Positions 10,901 to 23,814 of a stretch of DNA of 64,000 nucleotides are shown here, in pieces. The number at the start of each line of letters is the position of its first letter. Positions within the stretch are counted from its first letter, which is position 1. The position numbers and the translations under genes were made by a program. The DNA comes from Albugo candida. Lineage: Eukaryota. Under the pieces are notes generated by a model. The model ran no database searches. It saw only the letters and a list, made by a program, of their open reading frames with translations, and was not told the DNA's origin. The stretch is from assembly GCA_040437565.1 (NCBI GenBank), contig JBDOQK010000014.1, positions 372,001 through 436,000 on the forward strand. The letters run 5' to 3'.

Positions 10901-13814
10901 ATGTCGTATAATGATAGCCGAAGACGCGCTCATGAGAACGATCAGGATAATCACCGTCACAATTATAATAAACGTTCTCGTCATGACGATTACAATCCCG
11001 GTTCCAGAGCTCATACTTCCAATTACGAAGAAAAGAATCGATTCGGCAATCGTAATGAGCCCAAGCGAAGACGTTTTGAGAACCGAAATCAAAACGAAAG
11101 TAGCAGGGAGACCGACGATGAACGCACGTGGCGACTGACGAAAAAAAATTTGGTTCGATTTTCAGAATTTTATACGCAACATTTTGCTCAAAATAAGTGG
11201 AAGGAAGAATTTCAGACTTTTATTGACAGCGTTGTATCCCAAATTGAGAATGATACATTGAAGAAAACGAGTCTTCAGCATACTCTGGTCAAATGTGTGG
11301 CTCGATTACCAGCTAATTCGGCGTTGTATGCGGCTTTTGTGGCCGCTGTTACGAGCAGAATCAATTTGTTTGGGTTTGATGTAGCATACTTGGTGTTGAA
11401 GAAAATCGAAGAGACTTTGCAAAGTATTCAGAAGGAGGAGACATTGAAGACAGAAAAGGATGTATTGCAATACACAAACACGAGCACTGAGAAATGCATT
11501 TGCGTTCGTCTTTTATTTCGATTTATGGGCAATTTGGTCGCAATTGGCGTCCTGAAAGCTGAGAATCTTATGGAATATCTTCAATTTCTACAAGATGCTG
11601 TGTGGAATGACAAAGATGGAGAACGTACTTTTGAAGACCTTTTTTGCAAGCGGCAATTCACTATTCTTGCATGGAAAGATTTTCTCAGCACAGTTTTGCT
11701 TGAAACAGTGTTGACGGTACGAACGCTGAGTTAACTCTGTTCTGTCTACTATCGCTCATGTACCTTTTGTGCTGCTAAGTGCGGGGAAGTTTTGGTCAGA
11801 GAAACCAGTACAACTTTCCAAGCGCTTTTGAATCAGATCAATGACTACAAAGTGCTCCGTGAGCGATCGTGGAAGTGTCTGGATGACGATTATACTGGAA
11901 GCTGGATTGTTTCGGCCTCACAGCTGTCGCTTTTATGGGAACCGGAGGAAGCACTTCCTACAGCGTGTAAGCAAACAGATTCCGTATCGATTCTCTGGGA
12001 CGCAGTACAGCCATTCCTTGAATCGCTGACGTCTGGAATCACGGGCGAACACGTATCAATCGCGAGAGTCTGTGGTACCATCCAACCGCGGGATTTTCTA
12101 GAATCCGAGTTGATTGGTATGCCATCGTGCAGCGTCGATACCTTCAGTCTTTCGTTTGATCTCACACAGGTACTCTCTGTGAGCACTCATAATGGATGAG
12201 ACGATTTACGTTGTTTGCCTAGATCAATAGCACCAACAAACCACCTTTGAGAATTCTACCTCGTATCTTGAGCGAAGACGCAGGCGCAGTCGGAGCTTTG
12301 ATTGCGAACTTTCATCCCGCGACTTATTACACAGCTCGAACGCTTTTTACAGACGTTGTGATGGTACGACACCTTTCATCTCATCGAATGATAAACACAC
12401 TTACGGAATACTTGTGCTGCTATAGGCATTTTATCCCAAGCCTGAAGTAGCTTCTAAGCAACTCGTACATGCGTGTGGAATGTTGCGTGTTGACAGCAGT
12501 GATAGAAATTTGGATCAACCGACATGCTCGGAGTCTCCAAAAATGGAGTATATCTTACTGGAAACCTTACTCGTGCTGACTCTCCAGTCATTTTCATCAT
12601 CCACGATCGCGTATTACAACGCTGTTTTGTATCATTTGTTCAAAGCGGATTCCTCGAAATTCTCTCCGGTCTTTGCGATTTTGATCGAGCTTTTATTTCG
12701 TGAGATTCCGACGATGAATGGGAATGCTTCGAGTGCTTTTGTGCAGACATTCAGTCATTTTTTATCCAATTTTGAATACAAGTGGCGGTGGTCGCACTGG
12801 AATCATATCTTAAAGGAAGAAGATGACGATCCTCAGCGTTTGTTTGTGGCAAGTGTCATTGAAAAATGCGTACGCCTCTCGTATCTCGATCACATGCAAA
12901 AGTCATTACCAGAGGAGCTACACGTACTGCTGCCTCCAACTCCAGCACCTCGAGTCCGGTACTTGGATACTCTGAAAACAGAGCCCAATGATGGAGAAAT
13001 TCCTTCTTCTTTTCAGACAGCATTTTTCGAGTCTGTACGCAGTAAACTGAAAGAGCATCCAACAGCGTCAAATTTGGAATCGTGGCTGAAGGAACAGGTG
13101 AACAAAGCTGAGGTCGATCGTCTCGAAGCGATTGAAGTGTTTGTGACCGCTTTGCTCGAATCTGGCGCGGCGACTTTCACACATCTTCGACTCGTCTTGG
13201 AGAAATATGCAGAGGTCTTCACAGACCCAGAGTCCACGCTTTCTGGCTCGGATGAGCAAGTGCGAATTATCACTGCTCTCAGTAGCGTCTGGCAGCACTC
13301 TCCACAGCATATCGAAGTGATCTCAAATCTAATGCTGCGACAAAATATCATTTCTTCTGCTGCGATCGTAAAGTGGATCTTCACAGCTGATGTCACGCAG
13401 CAATACTGTTGGCCATATGTGTGGACAATCGCCCGTGATGCGATGACATTCTTACAAAACCGGCGAAAACAAACAGAGCAATGCTCAAAGGCGGCTGATA
13501 GCGACATTGGAGATAACATACTCCGCCCCGTATCCGAGGAAGAGAAGCAAGTAATGCGTTCCATGTTGGAAGGATTCCGCGATGTGTTATCGAGTCATAA
13601 ACGTCGCTGTGCAAGCGATGGAAACTCGTATCAGGATCATTGGTTCAACAGTTTGGTGACACAAATCAAAGCTTTTGCGATTCGCTTCCAAGAAACGCTG
13701 CCTCAAGCAATCGACGACATCCAACAAATGCCAGTTTCTGAAGAGCACGATGGCGATTTCACGAGCGTATTGCGTATGCTGAGAGTTTCTTTGGCGTTTC
13801 CTAGCGATCTCTAA
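10901..13814 (+). CDS. NCBP1: Nuclear cap-binding protein subunit 1 (CBP80), MIF4G-like domains
   Basis: Introns 11717-11779, 12170-12222 and 12364-12425 join the ORFs in frame. Motifs FSHFLSNFEYKWRWSHW, IEKCVRLSY and ATFTHL..LEKY match CBP80. Confidence 0.85.
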
Positions 13815-13880
13815 GCAGATTCAATCAGCAAACAAGTTGATACAAAAGTACCTCTGCTGAATGCAAATCTAATTCTCAAA

Positions 13881-14751
13881 TTAAACGGTGCGAAGCATTT
13901 TCTTAGAGCTCGTTTTAAAGACACCGGAAACGGCTAAAATGATGACAATAACGAGTATTGCGCACAAGCTGATAGCGATAGTGAGCTTCACGTTCTTCCA
14001 CCACATTGCTTTTCTCAATTTTCGCCCAGAATTACGAAATACCTGTCTCGATCCTTTCCGTCAGAAAATGCTGCACACACTTGTCATATGCGTACCTTTG
14101 CTTGTTCACTTAAATCATTTGTTTTTTGCTCCACCACTTCCATTTTCTCAGTGTTTGACAGCACGACTTGAATGTTGGTATGCATGACGCTTTTCACATT
14201 GTCCACTTGATGGAGTACCTCTGATATCTTGTCGACTTTGGTTCGATCGTCATACTGAGTTGCCAGCGCTTGCATCATGCTCTTACATTCTTTGTCGAGT
14301 CCGTGCTGTGTGACACAATTGTGAGCAATGAGTCATTGGAAATGCAAGCAATTTCTGTACCTACTTCTCGACAACTCAGCGCTTTATGGGCAAATTTCGG
14401 CACGAATTCTTGCTGTAATGCCTGAATGAGCTGAAAAGCCAAACGAATGGGATACGATTTCACAGTGATCACTGCAAAGACGAGTTCGTCGTTGCTCATT
14501 GAAAAATGGAATTTGTTTGGATCGCAATCCAAAGAATGTCGTGCATTTGGTGTCACTTGCGTTTTCCACGTTGGTGCACGAAGGACTTTTGCATACATTT
14601 CCTTCCATTTTGTGCATTCTGCCAAGTCGACGTTCATAGATGATTTATTAGAATGAAAGTAGCAACAGATTATCGCTTTGTCGGTAGCTCGCGCGATTCC
14701 AATGAATTTGATGTTCTCCTGAGTCATTGATCCATTGTTTGGTGTCGACAT
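13881..14751 (-). CDS. Longin-domain R-SNARE (VAMP7/VAMP71-like)
   Basis: ATG 14751; introns ~14364-14306 and ~14095-14043. Longin domain (YPIRLAF), synaptobrevin coil (DKISEVLHQVDNVKSVMHTNIQVVL), MWWKNVK followed by a TM helix; TAA at 13881. Confidence 0.9.
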
Positions 14752-14915
14752 GCTCTTCTTCACTTTGCGTCGTTTGCTGTGTGTCTCCACAGAGAATCCG
14801 AGGCGTCTCGTTCTGCTAATTTTAGCCAACTCGCGGCATTCAACGGTCCGAACGCTAAAGGCTTGTAACACTTGAAATCAATGTATCGGAGGGACCGCAT
14901 GGAGCCGGAGGATAA

Positions 14916-16486
14916 CTATTCGCTTTGCATCTCCGTTGCTAGGATACTTTCTATACTGGCCAAGTCGTCATGCGTATACGGCTTGTCCACCAAATTCTGG
15001 AGATATTTAAGATTTATGCGATCTTGCGATAATACAACATCGGCGCCATAGCTCCACGCAGCTCGAAGAGCAAGCTGGTCCAATGTGCAGTGAGATGTTC
15101 CCGTAGAAGTTTCTATCGCGGTCATGTTGGAATGCTTCAATTCATTCCAAAGTCGATCGATTGTTCCAGCTTCCATGAATTCGATGGACGCAGTGAGGCT
15201 TTGTAGTAGCTCACGTATGACCAAGGAGTATCCAAAACTGAATTTCTTGGCGTTGGGCTCATTTGTGAGCTTCTTTAAAAGGTTCTCCAGCTGGGGAAGT
15301 AGTTGCATTTCCCGAATGAAAATCCACTCTTCCAAACAATCCAATTTTTCATATTGATGCGCCAAGCTGTGGGCAAGTACGATGTCACCTTTCGATGGAG
15401 CGACGTTCATGTCCAGCGTGTCAGCGATGGATTCGATATATTGTTTTTCGAATGAAATAGCAAGATTGAACGCGTCATTGAGACTCTTTGCGATATCGAT
15501 GCCGTTCAACTGCTTCTGTGTATGTAAATGAATTGGCTTATGCTTCGAGGAAATAGTTACGAGCGGATATTCCGCGAAGACAACAATGTCGTGTTTCTGC
15601 TTGAATGCCCGCAAGTGCGTGGAATCTTGTACACTGAATTGCCCCATGCTGATAGGAAGTTGGAGAACCCGTAGATTGGGATGCTGACTGCAAAGTTGGC
15701 TCATCGATTCAAGAATCTTGGAAACATTATTTTGCATCGACTGATTCGGGAAGGAAAAGCCATAACTTTTGATCGTGCTTTCGTTGCAGTGAGAGTCTAA
15801 TACAGAGGCCATCTTGCTTCCCCATTTGATTGTATCCGTCACGGGTAATTGCATTGGCGCACGGACGACGACGACGTCCAGACTCTCTACGCTCAATTCC
15901 TTTGTTGCATTTTGTATTCCATCATGCAAATTGGTCTCATTGAGAGGTTGGATCACATGATCTACAAAAGCATCGGATCTGAGCCTTGCAAGTAGAGATT
16001 TATTGCATACGATTTACCGCTGAAAGTTGGATGATTTGGCTCCGAATCCAGCAGGACGCTCACGATTAATTCGTTTGACGATAGTTTTCGGTCATTGAGA
16101 TGCTCTTGGATCACACAAGCCTCAATGTGAGCTTGTGGCTCTTTCAAAGCTGCTACGGTAGGACAGAATCTTGTCTAAAAGAAAAATAGAGTCAGCATTC
16201 ACAGCGAAATCTCAGCCGTTCATACCTGAATCAGATTGCCTAGTCCACTTGAAAGGATCTGTTTACTGTTTTCTATTCTGGAGAGCTGACCAGCCCACCA
16301 ATGCGGACTTCCGGCACCGATTCGGCCCACATAGACTTGTTCATTATGGTATAGTGGAAGCAACGGCGTCGAAGAACAATGTCGAGAATGGACGATTTTA
16401 GGCGGCCAACAGAGACCTTTTGAAGACGAAAGAATACGTGCAGAGAATGACAACGGGTAGCGATTCAATGATACAAATTCTAGCAT
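14916..16486 (-). CDS. Divergent aldo/keto-reductase-fold protein, possible mitochondrial presequence
   Basis: Three exons inferred (from ATG 16486, via ~16174-16019, to the 14916-15961 exon). AKR-like pattern (ELIVSV..., LSVESLDVVVVRAP, TIKSYGFS, VLQLP, LDQLALRA...GADVVL). Catalytic residues were not recognisable. Confidence 0.5.
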
Positions 16487-17073
16487 TATTGTGTGCCCTC
16501 TTATTGGAATGAACCTCATCCAATGATTTTACTTATGGTGAGGAATGCAAAGTTTGCCTTTATGGACACACAAATTTAATACGCCGACAAATGATGCGAT
16601 ATGAAGGTCAGCTAGTCGTCCAACAATGCTTCGCTATGGTCTCAAGGCATAGCTATCACGCTACAAGTAGTGAAGCTTGATGTGCAGGCAAATAGCNNNN
16701 NNNNNNNNNNNNNNNNNNNNNNNNNNNNNNNNNNNNNNNNNNNNNNNNNNNNNNNNNNNNNNNNNNNNNNNNNNNNNNNNNNNNNNNNNNNNNNNNAATG
16801 ATACAAATTCTAGCATTATTGTGTGCCCTCTTATTGGAATGAACCTCATCCAATGATTTTACTTATGGTGAGGAATGCAAAGTTTGCCTTTATGGACACA
16901 CAAATTTAATACGCCGACAAATGATGCGATATGAAGGTCAGCTAGTCGTCCAACAATGCTTCGCTATGGTCTCAAGGCATAGCTATCACGCTACAAGTAG
17001 TGAAGCTTGATGTGCAGGCAAATAGCTGCTTAGAGCTGCAAGTGGCCAACTCGATACGAAATTCAAGTCAATT

Positions 17074-17523
17074 ATGGTTCACCACCAAAAGCTGTATTCG
17101 CGACAGTATCAAAGAGTACGGCGGAGGAAGCATTCTGATATGAGTGAAGCTGTTGTGGATATAGTTGTCACAGTATCATTTGTAGCTGAAGAGGAACCAC
17201 CGGAGGTTTTTCTGGCGAAAATAGAACAGCGTTATTCGATTGACGTAATTCATAATCTCTTATTGCTGGAAAATGTATACGGATACCGTTTGGAAGAACA
17301 AAAGGCGCTAAGATCTTCAGATAGCAGAGAAAATATTGAACCCAATGCTTCGCACGTTCCCTTTGTTCAACCGTACAATTGGATTGAAGCACATTGTTTC
17401 TACATTATCTTTGTTTTAGAAGCACAATTACCTTTACGCTTCAACGTGAGGGACGTAAACATATATCGATCCTTTGGCCATCACACGCCATCCATCGACT
17501 TGTGTCTTGACCAAAATTACTGA
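17074..17523 (+). CDS. Hypothetical ORF or gene relic
   Basis: 149-aa ATG ORF with no recognisable motif; the flanking frames are interrupted. Confidence 0.2.
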   Translation: MVHHQKLYSRQYQRVRRRKHSDMSEAVVDIVVTVSFVAEEEPPEVFLAKIEQRYSIDVIHNLLLLENVYGYRLEEQKALRSSDSRENIEPNASHVPFVQPYNWIEAHCFYIIFVLEAQLPLRFNVRDVNIYRSFGHHTPSIDLCLDQNY

Positions 17524-19234
17524 AATCCTCTACATCTTTGATCTTTTTCTCGACCAATGCGGAGCGCTTATAAGCATAGGTGGACTGAGTGCAGCACAAC
17601 ACAAACCTTAATGATACGCCTACAACAATGTGGGTCAGATCAAATATTTACAAAAAAATCAGGTCAGAGAGTCAAATATTCATTGCTACAGTATATTTGC
17701 TTACAGGGAAAATGCTGGGAAACCTAATGAGCGTTCTGCTCGCAAAGCAATGGTCGATTTTGACCGTTTAACCATTTTGTATCATTCTGAATTACAGTCT
17801 ATTCTACTTCTTCATCAGCTCAATTTGCATCAAGATGGATGCACTTATGCTGCAAGTTATCTGAGTCATATGATTTAAGAGAGAGTCTGCTATTCTTTAC
17901 TTCCGCTATTTCATACAGAATTTCCAGCCGCGTTCTTATCAAAACCGTTCCTCAACGCATCACATCATCTGGGTACCTCTTTTTTCTCTAGCTTTCGGAA
18001 AATTACACGCTTACTAGACGCTGCATTACATTCAGATGGTACAGTAGATCTTAAATGTTGGGGTCAAATACCATTGAAACCTGATTTCAAAGAGTCATTA
18101 GTAACACTTGCAAGAAAGCTCCACATGTGCTCGTGATTCAACTTGATCGGAGCGACATAGTCTATCTTTTCAATACAAAGCCGTAGGCCATAAGCTGCGC
18201 CCCCCGGATCGATATGTACGATCGATCATATGATATTTGAAGTTTCAAAAGCTCCTAACTATATACGCGAGGAAAAAGAATCTGACCACAGTATCGCAGA
18301 GACGGGTGATTGTAAGGGACAGAAAACACATTTCTTGTTCGCTCTTAAATTTTCACGAAAGGTACAACCTGTGTAAGCAGCTAAGTAAAGGTGGGACAGA
18401 GTATGCACATCTTCGACAATTCCTTAGTTGGACTTATCTGCAACATTGATTTATTACCAGATTGCTCTGGTGGCAAACTCTGGTAGTACATTAGAACCAC
18501 TTGGTAACCGCGACTATAGTAATGAGCAATAGCTGCTACGTTGCTTCTCATTGATGATGTGCAATCGCAGAAGATCGGTGAAATGGATCTCTAGCATGTT
18601 GAGATCAGCAATTTTCTAGCAAGTAAGACGATGAACCTCTACACTTGTGAGCAACATCGTGGCTTGAGGCAATGTCGGAAGCAAAGATTTTTAGGAATTA
18701 CAGACAACACGTATATCCAAGGCGGGCCACGACAGTATCGAGTGTCATATTATGGTGAGCTCGAAAAAGCGATTGTTTTATGAAGAATTCGTATCTCACG
18801 TCAACGCCTTAAGTTTGTACTTCTAAATGAAGAGCGGTGGCAATATATAATCAAAAACGAAGGGGTTGCAACAGCTAGCCAAGAGAGTATTTCATCTTGA
18901 TGTGTCAAGATAAAGCGGTAGCTTGGTTGACTTGTATTTTAGCTCTGTCAGAGTATGTCGATGCATGTCATGCATACTTCACAAAATCCTTAGCGACACA
19001 GATCCGAATTTCGGGGAAGCTCATAATCACATAGCTGGAGAAAAAAAGACAGATGAATCGGCTTAAAGTGGGTGTTGTCTGACCAGCCAACTTTCTGAAC
19101 AAATAAGAAGCATATATATTTCAAATCAATTTGAACCGTAGGTCGTGTAGCGTGGAGTTATGGTCCGCGTGCGAAGCCACTGCAATTCACGGAGCAACCT
19201 AACATTTCCCCCCTGCATCACTTCGGTTTATCTT

Positions 19235-21558
19235 TCAGTCTCTCGAGGGCCTCAAGTGCAGGTCTTCTTTAGTAAATTGGCGAAGCCCAGCTGGACGGAT
19301 TATTTGGGAGCGCTGTTCATCATAAGCAAGACTCAGGCATTTTTCCCCAACACACGGTTTGAGAAGACCCGACACTATTTGACGCATCCAAACATATCCT
19401 CCAGAAGCAGATTTGTCACTGTAAATCAGAAATATCTCTGTGTGTTCAATCAGGCACTGCAGGCAATAGTATTGCTTCCTGCTTTCATACTTGAATTGGA
19501 CCAACGCAATCTTATTGAAATAAGGCCAGATCTTCGTGTCATGTTCGATTTCCAGCGTATGTGGCATCAAGGTAACGCGGTAAGTCTGTGGAGGCCAAAC
19601 TCCCACTGGAATGTAATTCCTGTTGAATTCGTTGAACGCAGTCCGGTCGATCGAATGCGCCTTGGCCGTCGATACGTAAGTTTGATGTTCAGAACAGAAC
19701 GTATATGGAACCATTTGCATCCTGTTACACATCACAAGTTTGTGGCATGGTTGTAGTTTGTCGAACAACGCGTTATTCTCTTCTGCACTAAAATTCAACG
19801 GTGTCAACTAACANNNNNNNNNNNNNNNNNNNNNNNNNNNNNNNNNNNNNNNNNNNNNNNNNNNNNNNNNNNNNNNNNNNNNNNNNNNNNNNNNNNNNNN
19901 NNNNNNNNNNNNNGGTAAGTCTGTGGAGGCCAAACTCCCACTGGAATGTAATTCCTGTTGAATTCGTTGAACGCAGTCCGGTCGATCGAATGCGCCTTGG
20001 CCGTCGATACGTAAGTTTGATGTTCAGAACAGAACGTATATGGAACCATTTGCATCCTGTTACACATCACAAGTTTGTGGCATGGTTGTAGTTTGTCGAA
20101 CAACGCGTTATTCTCTTCTGCACTAAAATTCAACGGTGTCAACTAACATCGAATACGTTGTGGTGATGTGAATATTTTGTGCTTTTGCAGCGAATGCTTG
20201 TATCATGCAGGTGTAACACGCGTTTTTGTACGATGGAGTGTGAAACAAGACATAGCAAGCGCTCCGTTCTGAAGTAGCTTGATGTGTGATTATTGGACTT
20301 GAGTGCTCAGCGTTGATAAAATGGCCACTAAGAAACGCGTTGCATCGTTCTGTCCCCCACTTCTGTATGTCTTTACAGCTTCGGCACCTCCCTATATGCT
20401 CAATGGGATCCGTCAGTATCATTGCCATCTTCGGAGACAAGATGATGACCACACGAGCACCTCCAATATTTTTCGCGACACACCCAATACACCCCCACAC
20501 CCCTGCGGTGATTTTGATGCATCTAAGCTCTTGTTTTTTCTGAATCCCCATATGTTTTGTGGATGAGAAAACATGAGCCGATAAATTCTTTCTGTCTTGA
20601 CTTCTTGCCATTCTTTTAGAAGCGATGTATCTCAAAATATCTCGAACATGATCTGAGTGCATAGGCTTATCGTTGGGGATGACGAATTTGTGAAGCTGTC
20701 GGCGCTGAATTTGTAGAATTTCGGCTATTCTGTCACAATCACTCGGATCCCAGCTGAATAGTGTATTACAGAATGTATCTCTGCAGCTCTCGATTATATC
20801 TGATGCTCTGTGATAGGTAGGAAAGATACATAGCTCAGCCGATGATCGCTTGGACATGTAAAATAAGGAGTATATTTCAATGGCCAAAGATACACTGTGC
20901 ATAGCCAGACACTCTCGACAGACATAACTTTGCGGAGCACCAGGGATCACCATGCACTGAATTGATGTGGGGCCGAATTGCCGATTTTGCGCATTCGATT
21001 CAGAAACGACCTCAAAGGTATCCAATACAGCAGATGCCTGATCAAGTATTGTTAAATCTTCATCGAAGAATGGGATTCTGAATGTTTTTTGTGTATAAAT
21101 GAATATTTTTTTCGATTTAATTGTGCGCTCCACATAACAGCTTTTGACGTCATCACAACTAGGTGGATAGACTTTGCTAAGAAAAAAACTTTATCCTCAA
21201 GCTGCATCGGTTTTCTCACATGGATAAATGATTGTTCACCACTTCTTATCGAATCAGCAAGAGTATACATTGTAAAGTTAGGATCTGGTACGTGGCATAA
21301 TTTTTTGCTGCCGCAGTGGGCAATGAAAGTTCTTAGAATGTCCAAATGTCCTTCAGCCCAATAGAGTCTAGACCGACTATTGGATTCAAGCAGGCAAAGT
21401 TCCTTTACTCCCACAGAGACTGCAAGGCACTCGTGACAGCCCGAAAGATCTCGATTGCCGGTAGCTACCCTGAAACTTCCTGTAAGTGTAGGGACGTGGC
21501 TGGCTTCAGCATTTTCGCTAATTAACCAGAAAAAAACGAGAAAACATGCGCCTTGCAT
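19235..21558 (-). pseudogene. Albugo CHxC/CCG-type secreted effector with five Cys modules, interrupted by two frameshifts
   Basis: Signal-peptide-like MQGACFLVFFWLISENAEA, then CHECLAVSVG (CHxC; CxxCxxxxxG) at aa 41-50. It continues in ORF 21133-20123 (CREC, CIGCVAKNIG, CYTC) and ORF 19807-19235 (CLQC). Frame changes lie in ~21190-21052 and ~20145-20123. 19579-19813 is duplicated at 19914-20148 by the gap. Confidence 0.75.
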
Positions 21559-22019
21559 GGTTACTTTATGTCAGATACTTACGTCAGGTTCCATTTTTTT
21601 TCGGTGAGAAAGCCAACATCAATGCCTAAGTTCGATCGATCCATACTACCCAATAAATCTGTGGGGCCTGTCAAATCTTGGGGCGACCGCAATTCGACAG
21701 ATGCTCAGAACTATCATCGGTCAATTGTACTAGGTCCTGTTGGAGCTGATCAGTCCTACATAGGATCTCCGATTGAATCTTCATAACTGACTTTTATGCA
21801 GCGTTGTGGCGATGTAGGATTCTGCCACCCAAAATGAACATGTAAGAGTGATGCGACCACGACGTTGAGGGTTACCTTATTCCAACGTACATATCAATCC
21901 GAGCAATATGCAGTGATCTTCCTACAGCGGCTACAAAACAATATAAGACACTAGAATAAATCAGTGATCAACCCGCACGAGTGGCACTCGCTACCGCGGC
22001 TATCCTTTTTAAATCGATG

Positions 22020-23531
22020 TCATCGAAGGATTCTTTAAGCTAATCATGAGTTTTGACTGCATTAGGAGTGATTGTATAGTGTCAGTTGCATTGAAGACTA
22101 GGTAAACTTTAGAATATCATCGCTATCGGTATAGTTGATTAGAACCTATGGTGGTCTTGATAGTAGCAAGCTTTCTCATAATTCGATCTTCCTAGGGAAT
22201 CTATCGAATCAATACGCGGATAGTTTTATGGAATTGAGGATTGACGCACGCTTTCTGTAAATTTCCTCCTCTCCTTCATGGACTTTCGAGGCATTTGCTT
22301 CTCACCTGGATGGAGTGCACAGATCCATGTCAATGTGGGAGAAAAAATCATAACCTTCTGTAGGTATGAGCCCAGACATTTGTGGTGTTAACATAAATAT
22401 TTGCCAAACTGAATAAAGCACACAATCAGGGATTAAGTAACCTTTTCTGAAACAAATTGAGATATCATTCTCGACCTCTTAGTCGCCGGGCTGGTACGTA
22501 CTCGGCAATTTAGTACACAGCCAAAAAAGAACCTATTTCACTTCTTCCTCCCCAGGACAACGGTTTAAGTCGACATATCGACACAAATAAGAGCGTTAAC
22601 GCTCAATTGTGCTTAGGTGACAGCCCTGATAAATCATCCGGCTTTGGGTGATTGCATAATTGTTGTGAGCCGTCACCCCTGTGTGATGACACGGGAAGAA
22701 CTCCCACCCCCAATGTGACGGTACCNNNNNNNNNNNNNNNNNNNNNNNNNNNNNNNNNNNNNNNNNNNNNNNNNNNNNNNNNNNNNNNNNNNNNNNNNNN
22801 NNNNNNNNNNNNNNNNNNNNNNNNNTCATCGAAGGATTCTTTAAGCTAATCATGAGTTTTGACTGCATTAGGAGTGATTGTATAGTGTCAGCTGCATTGA
22901 AGACTAGGTAAACTTTAGAATATCATCGCTATCGGTATAGTTGATTAGAACCTATGGTGGTCTTGATAGTAGCAAGCTTTCTCATAATTCGATCTTCCTA
23001 GGGAATCTATCGAATCAATACGCGGATAGTTTTATGGAATTGAGGATTGACGCACGCTTTCTGTAAATTTCCTCCTCTCCTTCATGGACTTTCGAGGCAT
23101 TTGCTTCTCACCTGGATGGAGTGCACAGATCCATGTCAATGTGGGAGAAAAAATCATAACCTTCTGTAGGTATGAGCCCAGACATTTGTGGTGTTAACAT
23201 AAATATTTGCCAAACTGAATAAAGCACACAATCAGGGATTAAGTAACCTTTTCTGAAACAAATTGAGATATCATTCTCGACCTCTTAGTCGCCGGGCTGG
23301 TACGTACTCGGCAATTTAGTACACAGCCAAAAAAGAACCTATTTCACTTCTTCCTCCCCAGGACAACGGTTTAAGTCGACATATCGACACAAATAAGAGC
23401 GTTAACGCTCAATTGTGCTTAGGTGACAGCCCTGATAAATCATCCGGCTTTGGGTGATTGCATAATTGTTGTGAGCCGTCACCCCTGTGTGATGACACGG
23501 GAAGAACTCCCATCCCCAATGTGACGGTACC
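22020..23531. repeat. Gap-flanking duplication (22020-22725 = 22826-23531) with substitutions
   Basis: Offset 806 across 100 Ns. Differences seen: gtcagttgca/gtcagctgca and ctcccacccc/ctcccatccc. Confidence 0.9.
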
Positions 23532-23814
23532 AGGTTGTACAGGTTGTACATGTAGTACTGCCACTGCGTCTTCAAAGGATGGCTTAAAGGCAGCTACAAG
23601 TGTTGACGATACGAAACGTCCAACTTTGGCTATATTGTCAGGATAACAAGGTCCAACGTAAGGATAAGACAAGAGATCGGGCGCAGTGTGTAGCTTCCGA
23701 ACCCGAAAGCCTCGNNNNNNNNNNNNNNNNNNNNNNNNNNNNNNNNNNNNNNNNNNNNNNNNNNNNNNNNNNNNNNNNNNNNNNNNNNNNNNNNNNNNNN
23801 NNNNNNNNNNNNNN

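Noticed and set aside
19160-19756. 198-aa plus-strand ORF
   Set aside because: Antisense shadow of the CCG effector 3' region, with no motif of its own.
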